A stretch of DNA of 64,000 bases from Burkholderiales bacterium (GCA_026416295.1 JAOAFL010000016.1:373-64372), one strand, 5' to 3'. Shown: positions 51,450 to 62,293, counted from the first letter of the stretch. Made by a program: numbers and translations. The notes: generated by a model not told the origin, from the letters alone.

Positions 51450-52085
51450 TCAGCGCAGCCCGGCGACGTACTCGGCGAGCGCGCGGATTTCCTGATCGGT
51501 GAGCCGGGCGGCCGCCCCGCGCATCATTCCGTTCGGATCGTTCGCGCGGGTGCCCGCGCGAAACGCCTTGAGCTGCGCCTCGATGTACTCCGGATATTGC
51601 CCGGCGATGCGCGGATACTGGCTGGGAATGCCCGCGCCGGTCGGCCCGTGGCAGCCGGCGCACGCAGGAACGCCCGAGGCGACGTTGCCGCCGCGGTAGA
51701 TCTTCTGCCCGAGCGCGGCGAGATCCTTGTCGCGCGCTGCGGCCGGCTTCAGCTTCTGCGCCGCGTAATAGGCGGCGAGGTTTCGCATGTCCGCGTCCGA
51801 CAGCGGCGCGACCATGCCGGTCATGACCGCGTTTTCGCGCTCTGGCTTTTTGCCGCCTTGGGACTTGAACGCGACCATCTGCCGGTAGAGGTACTCGGGG
51901 ATCTGGCCCGCAAGATGCGGGTTGGCCGACGTGGGACTGTTTCCGTCGGCGCCGTGGCAGGCAGCGCAGACCTGTGTCGCGATGGCCTGTCCCTTCGCCG
52001 GATCCGGTTTTGCCGGCGCCTGCGCGAACGCCAGAGTCGCGCAAGCGAAGGCGAGTCCGGCGGCGACCGCCCACAAACGGATCAT
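51450..52085 (-). CDS. Di-heme cytochrome c4
   Basis: Signal peptide; CAACH and CAGCH heme motifs; divergent from yihA. Confidence 0.93.
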   Translation of the reverse strand: MIRLWAVAAGLAFACATLAFAQAPAKPDPAKGQAIATQVCAACHGADGNSPTSANPHLAGQIPEYLYRQMVAFKSQGGKKPERENAVMTGMVAPLSDADMRNLAAYYAAQKLKPAAARDKDLAALGQKIYRGGNVASGVPACAGCHGPTGAGIPSQYPRIAGQYPEYIEAQLKAFRAGTRANDPNGMMRGAAARLTDQEIRALAEYVAGLR

Positions 52086-52155
52086 GCAGGATCTCTCCCT
52101 GGAAAGGCGTGCGAAAGCCGCGATTTTATTAGAATTTTTCCCCGCGTGGCGTCCG

Positions 52156-52842
52156 ATGTCGGTGTTTTTCGCAGCCCGCTTTGCGGTGTCCGCAGCTTCG
52201 CCTGCGGCGTTTCCGCCGGACGACCGACCGGAGATCGCCGTCGTCGGTCGCTCCAACGTCGGCAAGTCGAGCGCGATCAACGCGCTCGCGAACCGCAAGC
52301 GCTTGGCGATCGCGAGCAAGACGCCCGGACGAACGCGAACCATCAACTTCTTCGAGCTGGGTTCGGCGGCGCGCGTCGTCGATCTGCCCGGCTACGGCTA
52401 CGCGGCGATACCGCACGCCGTGCGCGCCCGCTGGGACAAGCTCATTTCGGCGTATTTTTCCGGCCGGCGTTCGCTCGTCGCGGTGGTGCTGCTCATGGAC
52501 GCGCGTCGTCCGCTTACCGAGCAAGACCGGCGCATGCTCGCGTGGCTGCGCCCGTTCGGCGCGCGGTTGCTCGTCCTGCTGTCCAAATCCGACCGCCTGT
52601 CGCGGGCCGCGGCGGGCGCTGCGCAGCTCGCGGTGCGCCGCGCGCTGGCCGAAGAGTTGGGGGACGCGGAGGTGATCGCGTTTTCGGCGACGCACAGCAC
52701 TGGCGTTGCCCAGGCGCGCCGGCTGCTCGAGCAGTGGCTCGGAGAATCGGTCAAAGAAAAAGGGCTGCGGGAAAGCGCTCCCGCAGCCCGGAATAAAAGA
52801 CCCCCGGCAAAGGGGAAAGCAACCGGGGGCGAAGCGCCTTGA
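52156..52842 (+). CDS. yihA: Ribosome biogenesis GTPase YihA/EngB
   Basis: GRSNVGKSS, SKTPGRT, DLPGYG, SKSD. Confidence 0.94.
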   Translation: MSVFFAARFAVSAASPAAFPPDDRPEIAVVGRSNVGKSSAINALANRKRLAIASKTPGRTRTINFFELGSAARVVDLPGYGYAAIPHAVRARWDKLISAYFSGRRSLVAVVLLMDARRPLTEQDRRMLAWLRPFGARLLVLLSKSDRLSRAAAGAAQLAVRRALAEELGDAEVIAFSATHSTGVAQARRLLEQWLGESVKEKGLRESAPAARNKRPPAKGKATGGEAP

Positions 52843-52898
52843 TCAGGTCAAGGCAACCCGCTCAGGGAGGAGAAGCGGGAGACGGCTTGCGCCGTCCG
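52792..52898 (-). ncRNA. Structured small RNA (anti-hemB-like), four hairpins ending in an intrinsic terminator
   Basis: Minus strand: GACGGC-GCAA-GCCGTC; CCCGCT-TCTCCTCCCTG-AGCGGG; GCCTTGA-CCTGA-TCAAGGC; CCCCCGG-N15-CCGGGGG-TCTTTTATT. Lies upstream of and opposite to hemB. Confidence 0.75.
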
Positions 52899-52902
52899 CA
52901 TA

Positions 52903-52930
52903 TATGATCGGCAGGTCGCGAAAAAGTTCC
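52903..52930 (-). promoter_or_regulatory. sigmaE (RpoE/AlgU-type) promoter for the sRNA
   Basis: Minus strand GGAACTT-N16-TCATA immediately 5' of the first hairpin. Confidence 0.7.
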
Positions 52931-52959
52931 CGTGCCCCGCAGCTTCCTCAACTTCCTGA

Positions 52960-53970
<1,011 letters not shown>

Positions 53971-53998
53971 TTCAACGGGGCACGCGCGCCCGGTCGCC

Positions 53999-55552
53999 TC
54001 AGTCGCGCTCGCCGAGCGCGCGCTCGAGCGTCACCAGAAACCGCTCGGCGTTCTGAAATCCGATCACGCGCAGCCCTCGGATCTCCTCGCCGCGCGCGTC
54101 GAAAAAGACGATCCCGGGCGGACCGAACAGACGAAACCGCGCAAGGAGCGCCCGGTGCTCGGCGGTGTTGGCGGTGACGTCGGCCTGCAGGAGGAGCATC
54201 TTCGCGAGCTTTTCCCTGACGCGCGGATCGGAGAACGTGAGCGCCTCCATCTCCTTGCACGAGACGCACCAGTCGGCGTAGAAGTCGAGCATCACCGGGC
54301 GGCCGGGATTTTTCAGCTTCGCCTCGAGTTCCGCCACCGAATCGACGCGGACGAAGTCGGTTGCGCCGCTTCCCGGGCGCAGCACCGGCCAGGCGATCCA
54401 GACCGCGACCGCAAGGAGCAGCACGCCGAAGAAGCGCTTGACGTGCGCCATCCAGGGCCCGGCGCGCGGCAGAAGCGCCCCGCCGGAAACCCCGACGGCG
54501 AGCAGCGGCAGCCCCATGCCGAGCGCCATCGTGAAAAGCGCCGCACCGCCGAGCGCCACGTCCTTCGTCTGCGCGATGTAGAGGAGCGCGCCGGCGAGTG
54601 GCGCGGCGACGCAGGGACTCACCACGACCGCGGAGAGCGCACCCATCGCAGCGACCGAGGCGATGCGCCCGCCGTGCAGGCGCCCTTGCGCCGCCGCAAG
54701 CCGCTGCTGCAGTCGCGCCGGAAGCTGAAGATCGTACAGGCCGAACATCGAGAGCGCGAGCGCGACGAACACGAGCGCAAAACCGACGAGCACCCAGGCG
54801 TTCTGCAGCGCCGCCGCGAGGTACGCCCCCGACCAGGCGGCGGCGACACCGGCCGCCGCGTAGGCCGCCGCCACGCCGAGCACGTAGGCGGCCGAGAGCG
54901 CAAGCGCGCGCGCCTTGCCGCCGCGCGCGCGGTCGCCGACGATGATGCTGGAAAGGATCGGGATCATCGGCAGCACGCAGGGCGTGAACGCGAGCAGCAC
55001 GCCGAAGCCGAGAAAGCTGGCGAGCACGACGAGCGTTCCGCCCGACTCGAAGAGGCGCGCCACTTCGAGGTCGCTCGCGCGCTCCCAGGTCTCGCGCAGC
55101 GCGCTCAGGCCGCCGCCGGCGGAAGCGCCCGCGGCGGCTGCGCCGAGCCGCAGTGTGACCTTCGTTTCCATCGGCACGTAGCAAACGCCGACGTCTGCGC
55201 AGCCCTGCGAGGTCACCGCGAGCTTCAGCGTGCCGTCCGGAGCATCGACCGGCAGGCGGATCGAGACGGCCTTGCGGTAGGGTTCCATCTCGCCGAAGAA
55301 CTCGTCGCGGTGACGCACGCCGGGCGGAAACTCGGGCGCACCCAGCCGCACCCCCGGCTGCGCGGCGAAGCGAAACTTGTCGCGGTACAGGTAATAGCCG
55401 TCGGCGATGTCGAAGCGCACTTCGACGTGCCGATCGTCGAGCGCGCGGGCCGACATGCGGAAAGCCTTGTCCGGCTCGAGCAGCTCGTCCGGATTCGCCG
55501 CGAGCGCAGCGCCGCAGACGAGCGCGAACAGCAGCGCGGCGAGCCGCATCAT
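53999..55552 (-). CDS. dsbD: Thiol:disulfide interchange protein DsbD
   Basis: QGCADVGVCY, FTPCVLPM, SPCVAAPL, FYADWCVSCK. Confidence 0.94.
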   Translation of the reverse strand: MMRLAALLFALVCGAALAANPDELLEPDKAFRMSARALDDRHVEVRFDIADGYYLYRDKFRFAAQPGVRLGAPEFPPGVRHRDEFFGEMEPYRKAVSIRLPVDAPDGTLKLAVTSQGCADVGVCYVPMETKVTLRLGAAAAGASAGGGLSALRETWERASDLEVARLFESGGTLVVLASFLGFGVLLAFTPCVLPMIPILSSIIVGDRARGGKARALALSAAYVLGVAAAYAAAGVAAAWSGAYLAAALQNAWVLVGFALVFVALALSMFGLYDLQLPARLQQRLAAAQGRLHGGRIASVAAMGALSAVVVSPCVAAPLAGALLYIAQTKDVALGGAALFTMALGMGLPLLAVGVSGGALLPRAGPWMAHVKRFFGVLLLAVAVWIAWPVLRPGSGATDFVRVDSVAELEAKLKNPGRPVMLDFYADWCVSCKEMEALTFSDPRVREKLAKMLLLQADVTANTAEHRALLARFRLFGPPGIVFFDARGEEIRGLRVIGFQNAERFLVTLERALGERD

Positions 55553-55872
55553 CCGGCGGGCGTCGTCTCCGTCGCGACCCAATCGAGGTAGGCGCGAAGG
55601 CCGCGTTCGATCGGCATCGCGATGATTTCCGGAAGCTCGTAGGGATGCGCCTGCCGGATCGCCGCCTCGAGCGCCGGATAGCGATCGGCAGTGCTCTTGA
55701 TGAGCATCGGATGCTCCTCGTCGTGCTGCACCGCGCCCTTCCAGCGGTACACCGAACGGCAGGGTGCGAGGATGTTCACGCAGGCAGCGAGCCGCTTCTC
55801 GATCAGCAGGTCGGCGATGCGCTCGGCGGCAGCGCGATCAGGCAGGTTCGTGAGTACGAGCAGCGCGGACAT
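55549..55872 (-). CDS. cutA: Divalent-cation tolerance protein CutA
   Basis: LAACVN, SVYRWKG, HPYELPEII. Confidence 0.93.
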   Translation of the reverse strand: MSALLVLTNLPDRAAAERIADLLIEKRLAACVNILAPCRSVYRWKGAVQHDEEHPMLIKSTADRYPALEAAIRQAHPYELPEIIAMPIERGLRAYLDWVATETTPAG

Positions 55873-56689
55873 TCCTCAATCCCTCGTAAACGGTGGGGTA
55901 CGCAAGGCGCACCCCGAGCACGGTCTTCAGCCGCGTATTGTCCAGCAACCGGGACTCGCCCATGAACGAGAGCATCTCCGGCGGAATGCGCCCGGCGGCC
56001 TCGGCGCGCGCGATGCGCGGCGGTCGCGCAAGCCCTGTCGCATCGGCGACCAAGTCGAGCCAGTCGCCCATTTTGAGGCGCGTGTCGTCGGCGGCATTGT
56101 AGATCCCGGCGGGCGCATCCTCCTCGAGCGCGCGCACCGCGATCGCCGCGAGGTCGTCTGCGTGGATGTGGTTGGTGTAGACGTCGTCTTCGGGACGCAG
56201 CACCGGGATTCCCCGGCGCAGGCGCTCGAGCGGCAACCGGTCGGCGGCGTAGATACCGGGGGCGCGCAGGATCGCGAGCGCGACCCCGCGCGCGGCGCAC
56301 CATTCGCCGAGCCGGCGCTCGGCGTCGGCCCGTCGGCGCGCGCGCGGGGTCTGCGGGTCGACCGGTCGGTCTTCGGCGACGAGCGCCCCGCCGCAATCGC
56401 CGTAGACGCCGCTCGTGCTGACGTAAACGATGCGCGCCGGTAGAATGCTCGCCTTTTCGAGCGCTGCGAGCAGGTTCGCGGTGCGGGTGTCGGCGTCGCC
56501 CGTCGCGGGCGGCGGCGCGCAGTGCAGCACCGCGTCCGCCTCGATCCCGCCGAGCGTTTCCGGCCGGTCGAGGTCGAAACCGCGAGCGCGCGAGCCGCAC
56601 CGGCATTCGAAGCGGGATTCGAGCGCGGGAAGCGCGCGGCGCGCGACGTCGCCGCAGCCGGCGATCAAGAGCCGTTTCATCGGGTCCAT
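55838..56689 (-). CDS. Atypical SDR / NAD-dependent epimerase (YeeZ-like)
   Basis: IAGCGDVA, YVSTSGVYGD, LRAPGIY, NHIHADDLA. Alternative ATG at 56680. Confidence 0.87.
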   Translation of the reverse strand: MDPMKRLLIAGCGDVARRALPALESRFECRCGSRARGFDLDRPETLGGIEADAVLHCAPPPATGDADTRTANLLAALEKASILPARIVYVSTSGVYGDCGGALVAEDRPVDPQTPRARRRADAERRLGEWCAARGVALAILRAPGIYAADRLPLERLRRGIPVLRPEDDVYTNHIHADDLAAIAVRALEEDAPAGIYNAADDTRLKMGDWLDLVADATGLARPPRIARAEAAGRIPPEMLSFMGESRLLDNTRLKTVLGVRLAYPTVYEGLRNVRAARTHEPA

Positions 56690-56692
56690 TGT

Positions 56693-57727
56693 ATGCATAC
56701 CGTCACCCTCCAGCCTTCGGGACAGCGCTTTCAGGTCGAACCGGGCGAATCGGTGCTCGCCGCCGCGCTGCGCGAAGGGATCGTGCTCCCGTACGGCTGC
56801 AAGAGCGGCGCCTGCGGAAGCTGCAAGGCGCGGATCGTCTCCGGCGAGGTGGATTACGGCGTCTATCAGAAGAAGGCGCTCACCGACGCCGAGCGCGCGC
56901 AGGGCCGGGCGCTGCTTTGCCAGGCGAAGCCCCTTGGCGACCTCGTCGTCGAGGCGCGCGCGGTCAGCGCGGTCAAGGGGATCCGGATTCGGGTGCTTCC
57001 CTGCCGGGTTCAGCAGATGCTGCGCCTCGCCGACGACGTGATGGTGCTGCGGCTGAAGCTCCCGGCGAACGAGCGGCTCGAATACCTCGCCGGCCAGTAT
57101 CTGGAGTTCCTGCTTCGCGACGGCTCGCGCAGGAGCTTTTCAGTGGCCAACCCCCCGCACGATCAGGAACTGATCGAGCTGCACGTGCGGCATGTGCCCG
57201 GCGGGCAGTTCACCGACCACGTCTTCGGCAAGATGAAAGAACGCGACATCCTGCGCTTCGAGGGACCGTTCGGCACGTTTTTTCTGCGCGAGGAATCGCA
57301 AAAGCCGATCGTCTTCGTCGCCTCCGGCACCGGCTTTGCGCCGATCAAGGCGATCGTCGAGGACATGTTCCACCGCGGCATCGCGCGCCCGGCGGTGCTT
57401 TACTGGGGAGGCCGGCGACCGAAGGACCTCTACATGAACGCGCTCGCCGAGCGCTGGGCGGCCGAGCACGGCGAGCGCTTCCGCTACGTGCCGGTCATCT
57501 CCGATGCGCTCCCGGAGGACGGTTGGGCGGGGCGAACCGGCTTCGTGCACCGGGCGGTGATGGAAGACTTCCCCGACCTCTCGGGCCACCAGGTCTACGC
57601 CTGCGGCGTGCCGGTGATGGTCGAGTCGGCCAAGCGCGACTTCACCGCGCTCTGCGGGCTTCCCGAAGACGAGTTCTACGCCGACAGCTTCACCACGCAG
57701 GCCGACATCGCCGGCGCGCAGGCGTGA
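56693..57727 (+). CDS. 2Fe-2S ferredoxin/FAD/NAD reductase (CDP-6-deoxy-delta-3,4-glucoseen reductase family)
   Basis: PYGCKSGACGSCK, RSFSVAN, SGTGFAP, YACG. Confidence 0.9.
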   Translation: MHTVTLQPSGQRFQVEPGESVLAAALREGIVLPYGCKSGACGSCKARIVSGEVDYGVYQKKALTDAERAQGRALLCQAKPLGDLVVEARAVSAVKGIRIRVLPCRVQQMLRLADDVMVLRLKLPANERLEYLAGQYLEFLLRDGSRRSFSVANPPHDQELIELHVRHVPGGQFTDHVFGKMKERDILRFEGPFGTFFLREESQKPIVFVASGTGFAPIKAIVEDMFHRGIARPAVLYWGGRRPKDLYMNALAERWAAEHGERFRYVPVISDALPEDGWAGRTGFVHRAVMEDFPDLSGHQVYACGVPVMVESAKRDFTALCGLPEDEFYADSFTTQADIAGAQA

Positions 57728-58698
57728 ACGCGGCGCTCGGGCTCGCCTTTGGCGCGGCGCTCGTCGCGCTGCTTCTCTGGGTCATGGTTTCCGTGCCGGG
57801 CGAGTCCTGGCGCGGAGCGCTCCCGCCCTTGAGGGAAGACGAGGCCGCGCTCGCCGAGCGGCTGAAAAAGCATGTCGCGACGCTCGCCGCCGGCGAGCGC
57901 AACACCCGGGCGCCCGCGCGTCTGGAAGCGGCAGCGCGCCACATCGAAGCGGAGCTTCAGGGGGCGGGCTATCGCGTGCGCGCGCAACCGTACGATTCGG
58001 GCGACGGCCTCGTGCGCAATCTCGAAGCGGTGCGCGAGGGCCGCATCGCGCGCTCGCTCGTCGTCGGCGCGCACTACGACTCGGTGTTCGGCTCGCCCGG
58101 CGCGAACGACAACGGCTCCGGCGTCGCCGCCCTTGTGGAACTGGCACGCGGCCTCGCCGCCGCTCAGCCGCGCCATACGCTGCGCTTTGCCTTCTTCGCG
58201 AACGAGGAGCCGCCGTATTTCGCCACCGCTGCGATGGGAAGCCGCGTCTATGCCGACGAGCTGATCGAGCGGGGCGAGCGCATCGCCGCGATGTTTTCGC
58301 TCGAGACGATCGGCTACTACGCCGAGCGGCCCGGCAGCCAGCGTTATCCCTTCCCGCTCGGGTTTTTCTACCCCGACCGCGGCGATTTCGTCGCCTTCGT
58401 CGCGAACCTCGGCTCGCGAAGCCTGCTTCATGCGGCGCTCGCCGCCTTCCGCCGCGAAGCGCGCTTTCCCGCGGAAGGCGTCGCCGCGCCCGCGTTCATC
58501 CCGGGCGTCGCCTGGTCGGACCAGCGCTCCTTCTGGCGCCGCGGGGTGCCGGCGGTGATGATCACGGACACCGCCCTTTACCGCTATCCGCACTACCACC
58601 TTCCGAGCGACACGCCCGACAAACTCGACTACGAGCGCCTTGCGCGGCTTGTCGCGGGGCTTGAGCGGATGCTGCGGGTGCTCGACGCGGAGCTTTGA
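57724..58698 (+). CDS. M28 family metallopeptidase
   Basis: GAHYDS, GANDNGSG, NEEPP, SDQ, YH motifs; N-terminal TM helix. Confidence 0.87.
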   Translation: MNAALGLAFGAALVALLLWVMVSVPGESWRGALPPLREDEAALAERLKKHVATLAAGERNTRAPARLEAAARHIEAELQGAGYRVRAQPYDSGDGLVRNLEAVREGRIARSLVVGAHYDSVFGSPGANDNGSGVAALVELARGLAAAQPRHTLRFAFFANEEPPYFATAAMGSRVYADELIERGERIAAMFSLETIGYYAERPGSQRYPFPLGFFYPDRGDFVAFVANLGSRSLLHAALAAFRREARFPAEGVAAPAFIPGVAWSDQRSFWRRGVPAVMITDTALYRYPHYHLPSDTPDKLDYERLARLVAGLERMLRVLDAEL

Positions 58699-58704
58699 CC
58701 TCGG

Positions 58705-59418
58705 CTACCCCGCCCCTTCGCCGAGATACGCCTCGCGCACGCGCGGATCGGCAAGGAGCGCGCGCGCTTCGCCCGAGAGCGCGATCGCGCCCGACTCCAT
58801 CACGTAGCCGCGGTGCGCGATCTCGAGCGCAAGCCGCGCGTTTTGCTCGACAAGCAGGATCGTGACGCCCTGCCGCGCGATCTCGCGCACGATGTCGAAG
58901 ATTTTTGCGACGAGCATCGGCGCAAGGCCCATGGAAGGCTCATCGAGCAGCAGCAGCCGCGGCCGCGCCATCAGCGCGCGCGCGATCGCGAGCATCTGCT
59001 GCTCGCCCCCCGAGAGCGTGCCCGCGGTCTGTCGTCTCCGCTCCGCAAGCCGCGGAAACATCGCGTACTGCCGCTCCAGATCGTCGGCGATGCCGGGATC
59101 GGTGCGCGCGTACGCGCCCATCGCGAGGTTCTCCTCGACCGTCAGGCGCGGAAAGATCCCGCGGCCCTCGGGCACCATGACGAGCCCCTTGCGCGGAAGC
59201 TCGAAGGCGGGCGTCGCGCCGATGTCCTCGCCCGCGTAGCGGATGCGCCCTGAGCGCGCGACCAGGCCGCAGATCGCGCGAAGCGTCGAGGATTTGCCGG
59301 CGCCGTTCGCGCCGATCAGGCAGACGAGCTCGCCTTCGCCGACGTCGAGGTCGATGCCGCGGACCGCGCGGATGCCGCCGTAGTGCACCTCCAGCGCGCG
59401 CGCTTCGAGGAGCGTCAT
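58705..59418 (-). CDS. livF: Branched-chain amino acid ABC transporter ATPase
   Basis: GANGAGKS, LSGGEQQMLA, DEPSMGLAP. Confidence 0.93.
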   Translation of the reverse strand: MTLLEARALEVHYGGIRAVRGIDLDVGEGELVCLIGANGAGKSSTLRAICGLVARSGRIRYAGEDIGATPAFELPRKGLVMVPEGRGIFPRLTVEENLAMGAYARTDPGIADDLERQYAMFPRLAERRRQTAGTLSGGEQQMLAIARALMARPRLLLLDEPSMGLAPMLVAKIFDIVREIARQGVTILLVEQNARLALEIAHRGYVMESGAIALSGEARALLADPRVREAYLGEGAG

Positions 59419-60185
59419 GCGGCGGCGGGCGCCCCGAGATAGGCCTCGATTACCTTGGGGTCGCGCTGCACCTCGGACGGCAGCCCTTCGGCGATTCGTT
59501 CGCCGTGGTCGAGCACGAGCACCCGGTCGCAGATGTCCATCACCAGCCGCACGTCGTGCTCGATGAGAAGCACGGTGACGCCGTCGTCGCGGATGCGCCG
59601 GATGAGGCGCGCGAGCGCCCGGCGCTCGGCCGGGTTCATGCCGGCGGCGGGCTCATCGAGCGCGAGAAGCCGCGGGTCGGTCGCGAGCGCGCGCGCGATC
59701 TCCAGGCGCCGCTGATCGCCGTAGGGGAGGCTCCCGGCGGCGTCGTTCGCGCGGGCGCGGATGCCGACGTAGTCGAGAAGCTCGGCCGCGCGCCGCTCGA
59801 TCGCCGCTTCCTCCGCGCGCTGCGCCGGCGTGCGCAGGATCGCCGCGAGCACGCCGGCGCGGGTGCGCACGTGCCGGCCGATCATGACGTTCTCGAGCGC
59901 GGACAGGTTGGCGAAGAGCCGGATGTTCTGGAACGTGCGCGCGATGCCAGCGGCGGCGACCTGGTCGGAGGTGAGGCCCGAAAGCGGCCGGCCCTCGAAG
60001 GTGAAGCGGCCGGCGTCCGGCGCGTAGATGCCGGTGAGCACGTTGAAGAGCGTCGTCTTCCCGGCCCCGTTCGGGCCGATCAGGCCGTAGATCTCGCCGC
60101 GCGCGATGCGAAACGAGACGTCTGCGAGCGCCTGGATGCCGCCGAAGCGCTTGCCGATGCCGCTCGCCTCGAGGATCGGGTTCAT
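59415..60185 (-). CDS. livG: Branched-chain amino acid ABC transporter ATPase
   Basis: GPNGAGKT, ARTFQNIRLF, LPYGDQRRLEIARA, DEPAAGMN. Confidence 0.93.
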   Translation of the reverse strand: MNPILEASGIGKRFGGIQALADVSFRIARGEIYGLIGPNGAGKTTLFNVLTGIYAPDAGRFTFEGRPLSGLTSDQVAAAGIARTFQNIRLFANLSALENVMIGRHVRTRAGVLAAILRTPAQRAEEAAIERRAAELLDYVGIRARANDAAGSLPYGDQRRLEIARALATDPRLLALDEPAAGMNPAERRALARLIRRIRDDGVTVLLIEHDVRLVMDICDRVLVLDHGERIAEGLPSEVQRDPKVIEAYLGAPAAA

Positions 60186-61276
60186 GCGCGCAGCGCCCCG
60201 GGCTCTTCGCGCCAGTCGAGCTCGCGCTTTCGCACCTGCGACGGAAGCAGCCCTGCCGGCCGAAACAGCATCACGAGCACGAGCGCGAGGCCGAAGAGAA
60301 GCATGCGGATCACCTCCGGCTCGATCAGCTGGCGGCCAAAGAGCGCTTCCTGCGCCGGCGCGACCGTCCAGCGCAGCACCTCGGGAACGAAGGAAAGGAG
60401 CACCGCCCCGAGCATCACGCCCCAGATGTTGCCCATGCCGCCGAGCACCACCATCGCCACCACCATGATCGACTCGACCAGCACGAAGCTCTCGGGCGAG
60501 ATGAAGCTCTGCATCGCGGCGAACATGCCCCCGGCGATGCCGCCGAAGGAGGCCCCCATCGCGAAGGCGAGGAGCTTCACGTGCGTGGTGTTGATCCCCA
60601 TCGCGCGCGCGGCGATCTCGTCCTCGCGCACCGCCTCCCAGGCGCGGCCGATGCGCGAATCCTGCAGCCGCACGTTGACGACGATGACGACGACGAGCAC
60701 CGCAAGGAGCAGCCAGTAGTACTTCATCGGGCCGCTCACCGTGAGGCCGAGCACCGTGTCCGTGCGCGAAAAATCGATCGGCCCGAGGCGGAACGGGTCG
60801 ATCTGCGCGATGCCCTGCGGCCCGCGCGTGATGTTCACCGGCTGCGACAGGTTGTTGAGGAAGATGCGCACGATCTCGCCGAAGCCGAGCGTGACGATCG
60901 CGAGGTAGTCGCCGCGCAGCTTCAGGGTCGGCGCGCCGAGCAGCACGCCGAAAAAGGCCGCGAGCGCCGCGCCGATCGGAAGGATCACCCAGAAGGGCAG
61001 GTGAATGTCGAAGTGGGGCGAGGCGAGAAGCGCGTAGCAGTAGGCACCGACCGCGTAGAACGCGATGTAGCCGAGATCGAGCAGGCCAGCAAAGCCCACG
61101 ACGATGTTCAGACCGAGCGCAAGGAGGACGTAGAGCACCGCGATGTTCGCGATCCGCACCCAGGTGGTGCCGATCATGGCGAGCGCAAACGGCAGCAGCA
61201 CGAGCGCGAGCACGATCGCGGCGATGCCCGCCCAGAGGAGCGCCGGCCGTCCGCGGGCGTCGAGGAGGCGTCTCAT
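60182..61276 (-). CDS. livM: Branched-chain amino acid ABC transporter permease
   Basis: GLNIVVGFAGLLDLGY, LRGDYLAIVTLGFGEI, REDEIAA. Confidence 0.93.
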   Translation of the reverse strand: MRRLLDARGRPALLWAGIAAIVLALVLLPFALAMIGTTWVRIANIAVLYVLLALGLNIVVGFAGLLDLGYIAFYAVGAYCYALLASPHFDIHLPFWVILPIGAALAAFFGVLLGAPTLKLRGDYLAIVTLGFGEIVRIFLNNLSQPVNITRGPQGIAQIDPFRLGPIDFSRTDTVLGLTVSGPMKYYWLLLAVLVVVIVVNVRLQDSRIGRAWEAVREDEIAARAMGINTTHVKLLAFAMGASFGGIAGGMFAAMQSFISPESFVLVESIMVVAMVVLGGMGNIWGVMLGAVLLSFVPEVLRWTVAPAQEALFGRQLIEPEVIRMLLFGLALVLVMLFRPAGLLPSQVRKRELDWREEPGALRA

Positions 61277-62250
61277 GCGCGCTCGCCGACCCGCTCGCCG
61301 AGCAGCCCCGAGGGGCGGAAGACGAGGACGAGGATCAGCACGACGAAGGCGAACACGTCCTGGTAGTTCGAGCCGAAGAGCACGAAGTGGCCGCCGTCGG
61401 CGCAGCGCTCGGCGGGCCCGATGCCCCAGCGGCACAGGTCGGTGAGATCGCCGATGTAGCCCGCCCCGAGCGCCTCGACCACCCCGAGCAGGATTCCGCC
61501 CAGCATCGCCCCGGGGACGTTGCCGATGCCGCCGAGCACCGCCGCCGAAAACGCCTTGAGGCCGAGAATCGAGCCCATGGTGTACTGCGCGACCCCGTAG
61601 TAGGTGCCGAACATGACGCCCGCCACCGCCGCCATCGCGGCGCCGATCACGAAGGTCGCGGCGATCACGCGGTCGATGTCCACGCCCATCAGCGCCGCGA
61701 CCTGCGGGTTCTGGGCGGTCGCGCGCATCGCGCGCCCGAGGCGCGTGCGATAGACGAGCCAGGCGAGCCCCGCCATCATCGCCGCGCAGATGGCGACGAT
61801 CGCGATCTGCACGCCGGTCATGGTGGCGCCGGCGAAGCTGAAGGTGACGAGCGGGATGATCTGCGGAAACGCGAGCACGTTGCGGCTCCAGATCATCATC
61901 GCGAGGTGCTGCAGGACGATCGAGACGCCGATCGCGGTGATCAGGGGCGCAAGGCGAGGCGCGCGCCTGAGCGGCCGGTAGGCGAGCCGCTCCATCGCGT
62001 AGCCGACCGCCATGCACACCGGCACCGCGCAGGCGGCACCGAGCGCGACCGCGACGACCGGCGGCAGCCCCGCGGCAGCGAGGATCGGAATGACGGTAAA
62101 GGCGACCATCGCGCCGATCATCACCACTTCGCCGTGGGCGAAGTTGATGAGCTGGATGATCCCGTAGACCATCGTGTAGCCGAGCGCGACCACGGCGTAC
62201 ACCGCGCCGAGCGTCACGCCGTTCACCAGCTGCTGGACAAAGGTGTCCAC
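61273..62250 (-). CDS. livH: Branched-chain amino acid ABC transporter permease
   Basis: ALGYTMVYGIIQLINFAHG, GRAMRA, KAFSAAVLGGIG, RPSGLLG. Confidence 0.93.
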   Translation of the reverse strand: MDTFVQQLVNGVTLGAVYAVVALGYTMVYGIIQLINFAHGEVVMIGAMVAFTVIPILAAAGLPPVVAVALGAACAVPVCMAVGYAMERLAYRPLRRAPRLAPLITAIGVSIVLQHLAMMIWSRNVLAFPQIIPLVTFSFAGATMTGVQIAIVAICAAMMAGLAWLVYRTRLGRAMRATAQNPQVAALMGVDIDRVIAATFVIGAAMAAVAGVMFGTYYGVAQYTMGSILGLKAFSAAVLGGIGNVPGAMLGGILLGVVEALGAGYIGDLTDLCRWGIGPAERCADGGHFVLFGSNYQDVFAFVVLILVLVFRPSGLLGERVGERA

Positions 62251-62265
62251 GGCGGCGAGCCTACC

Positions 62266-62293
62266 AAGAAAAACGGCACCCGAAGGTGCCGTT
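62266..62293 (-). terminator. Intrinsic terminator / stabilising hairpin after livK
   Basis: Minus strand AACGGCACC-TTCG-GGTGCCGTT-TTTCTT. Confidence 0.75.
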
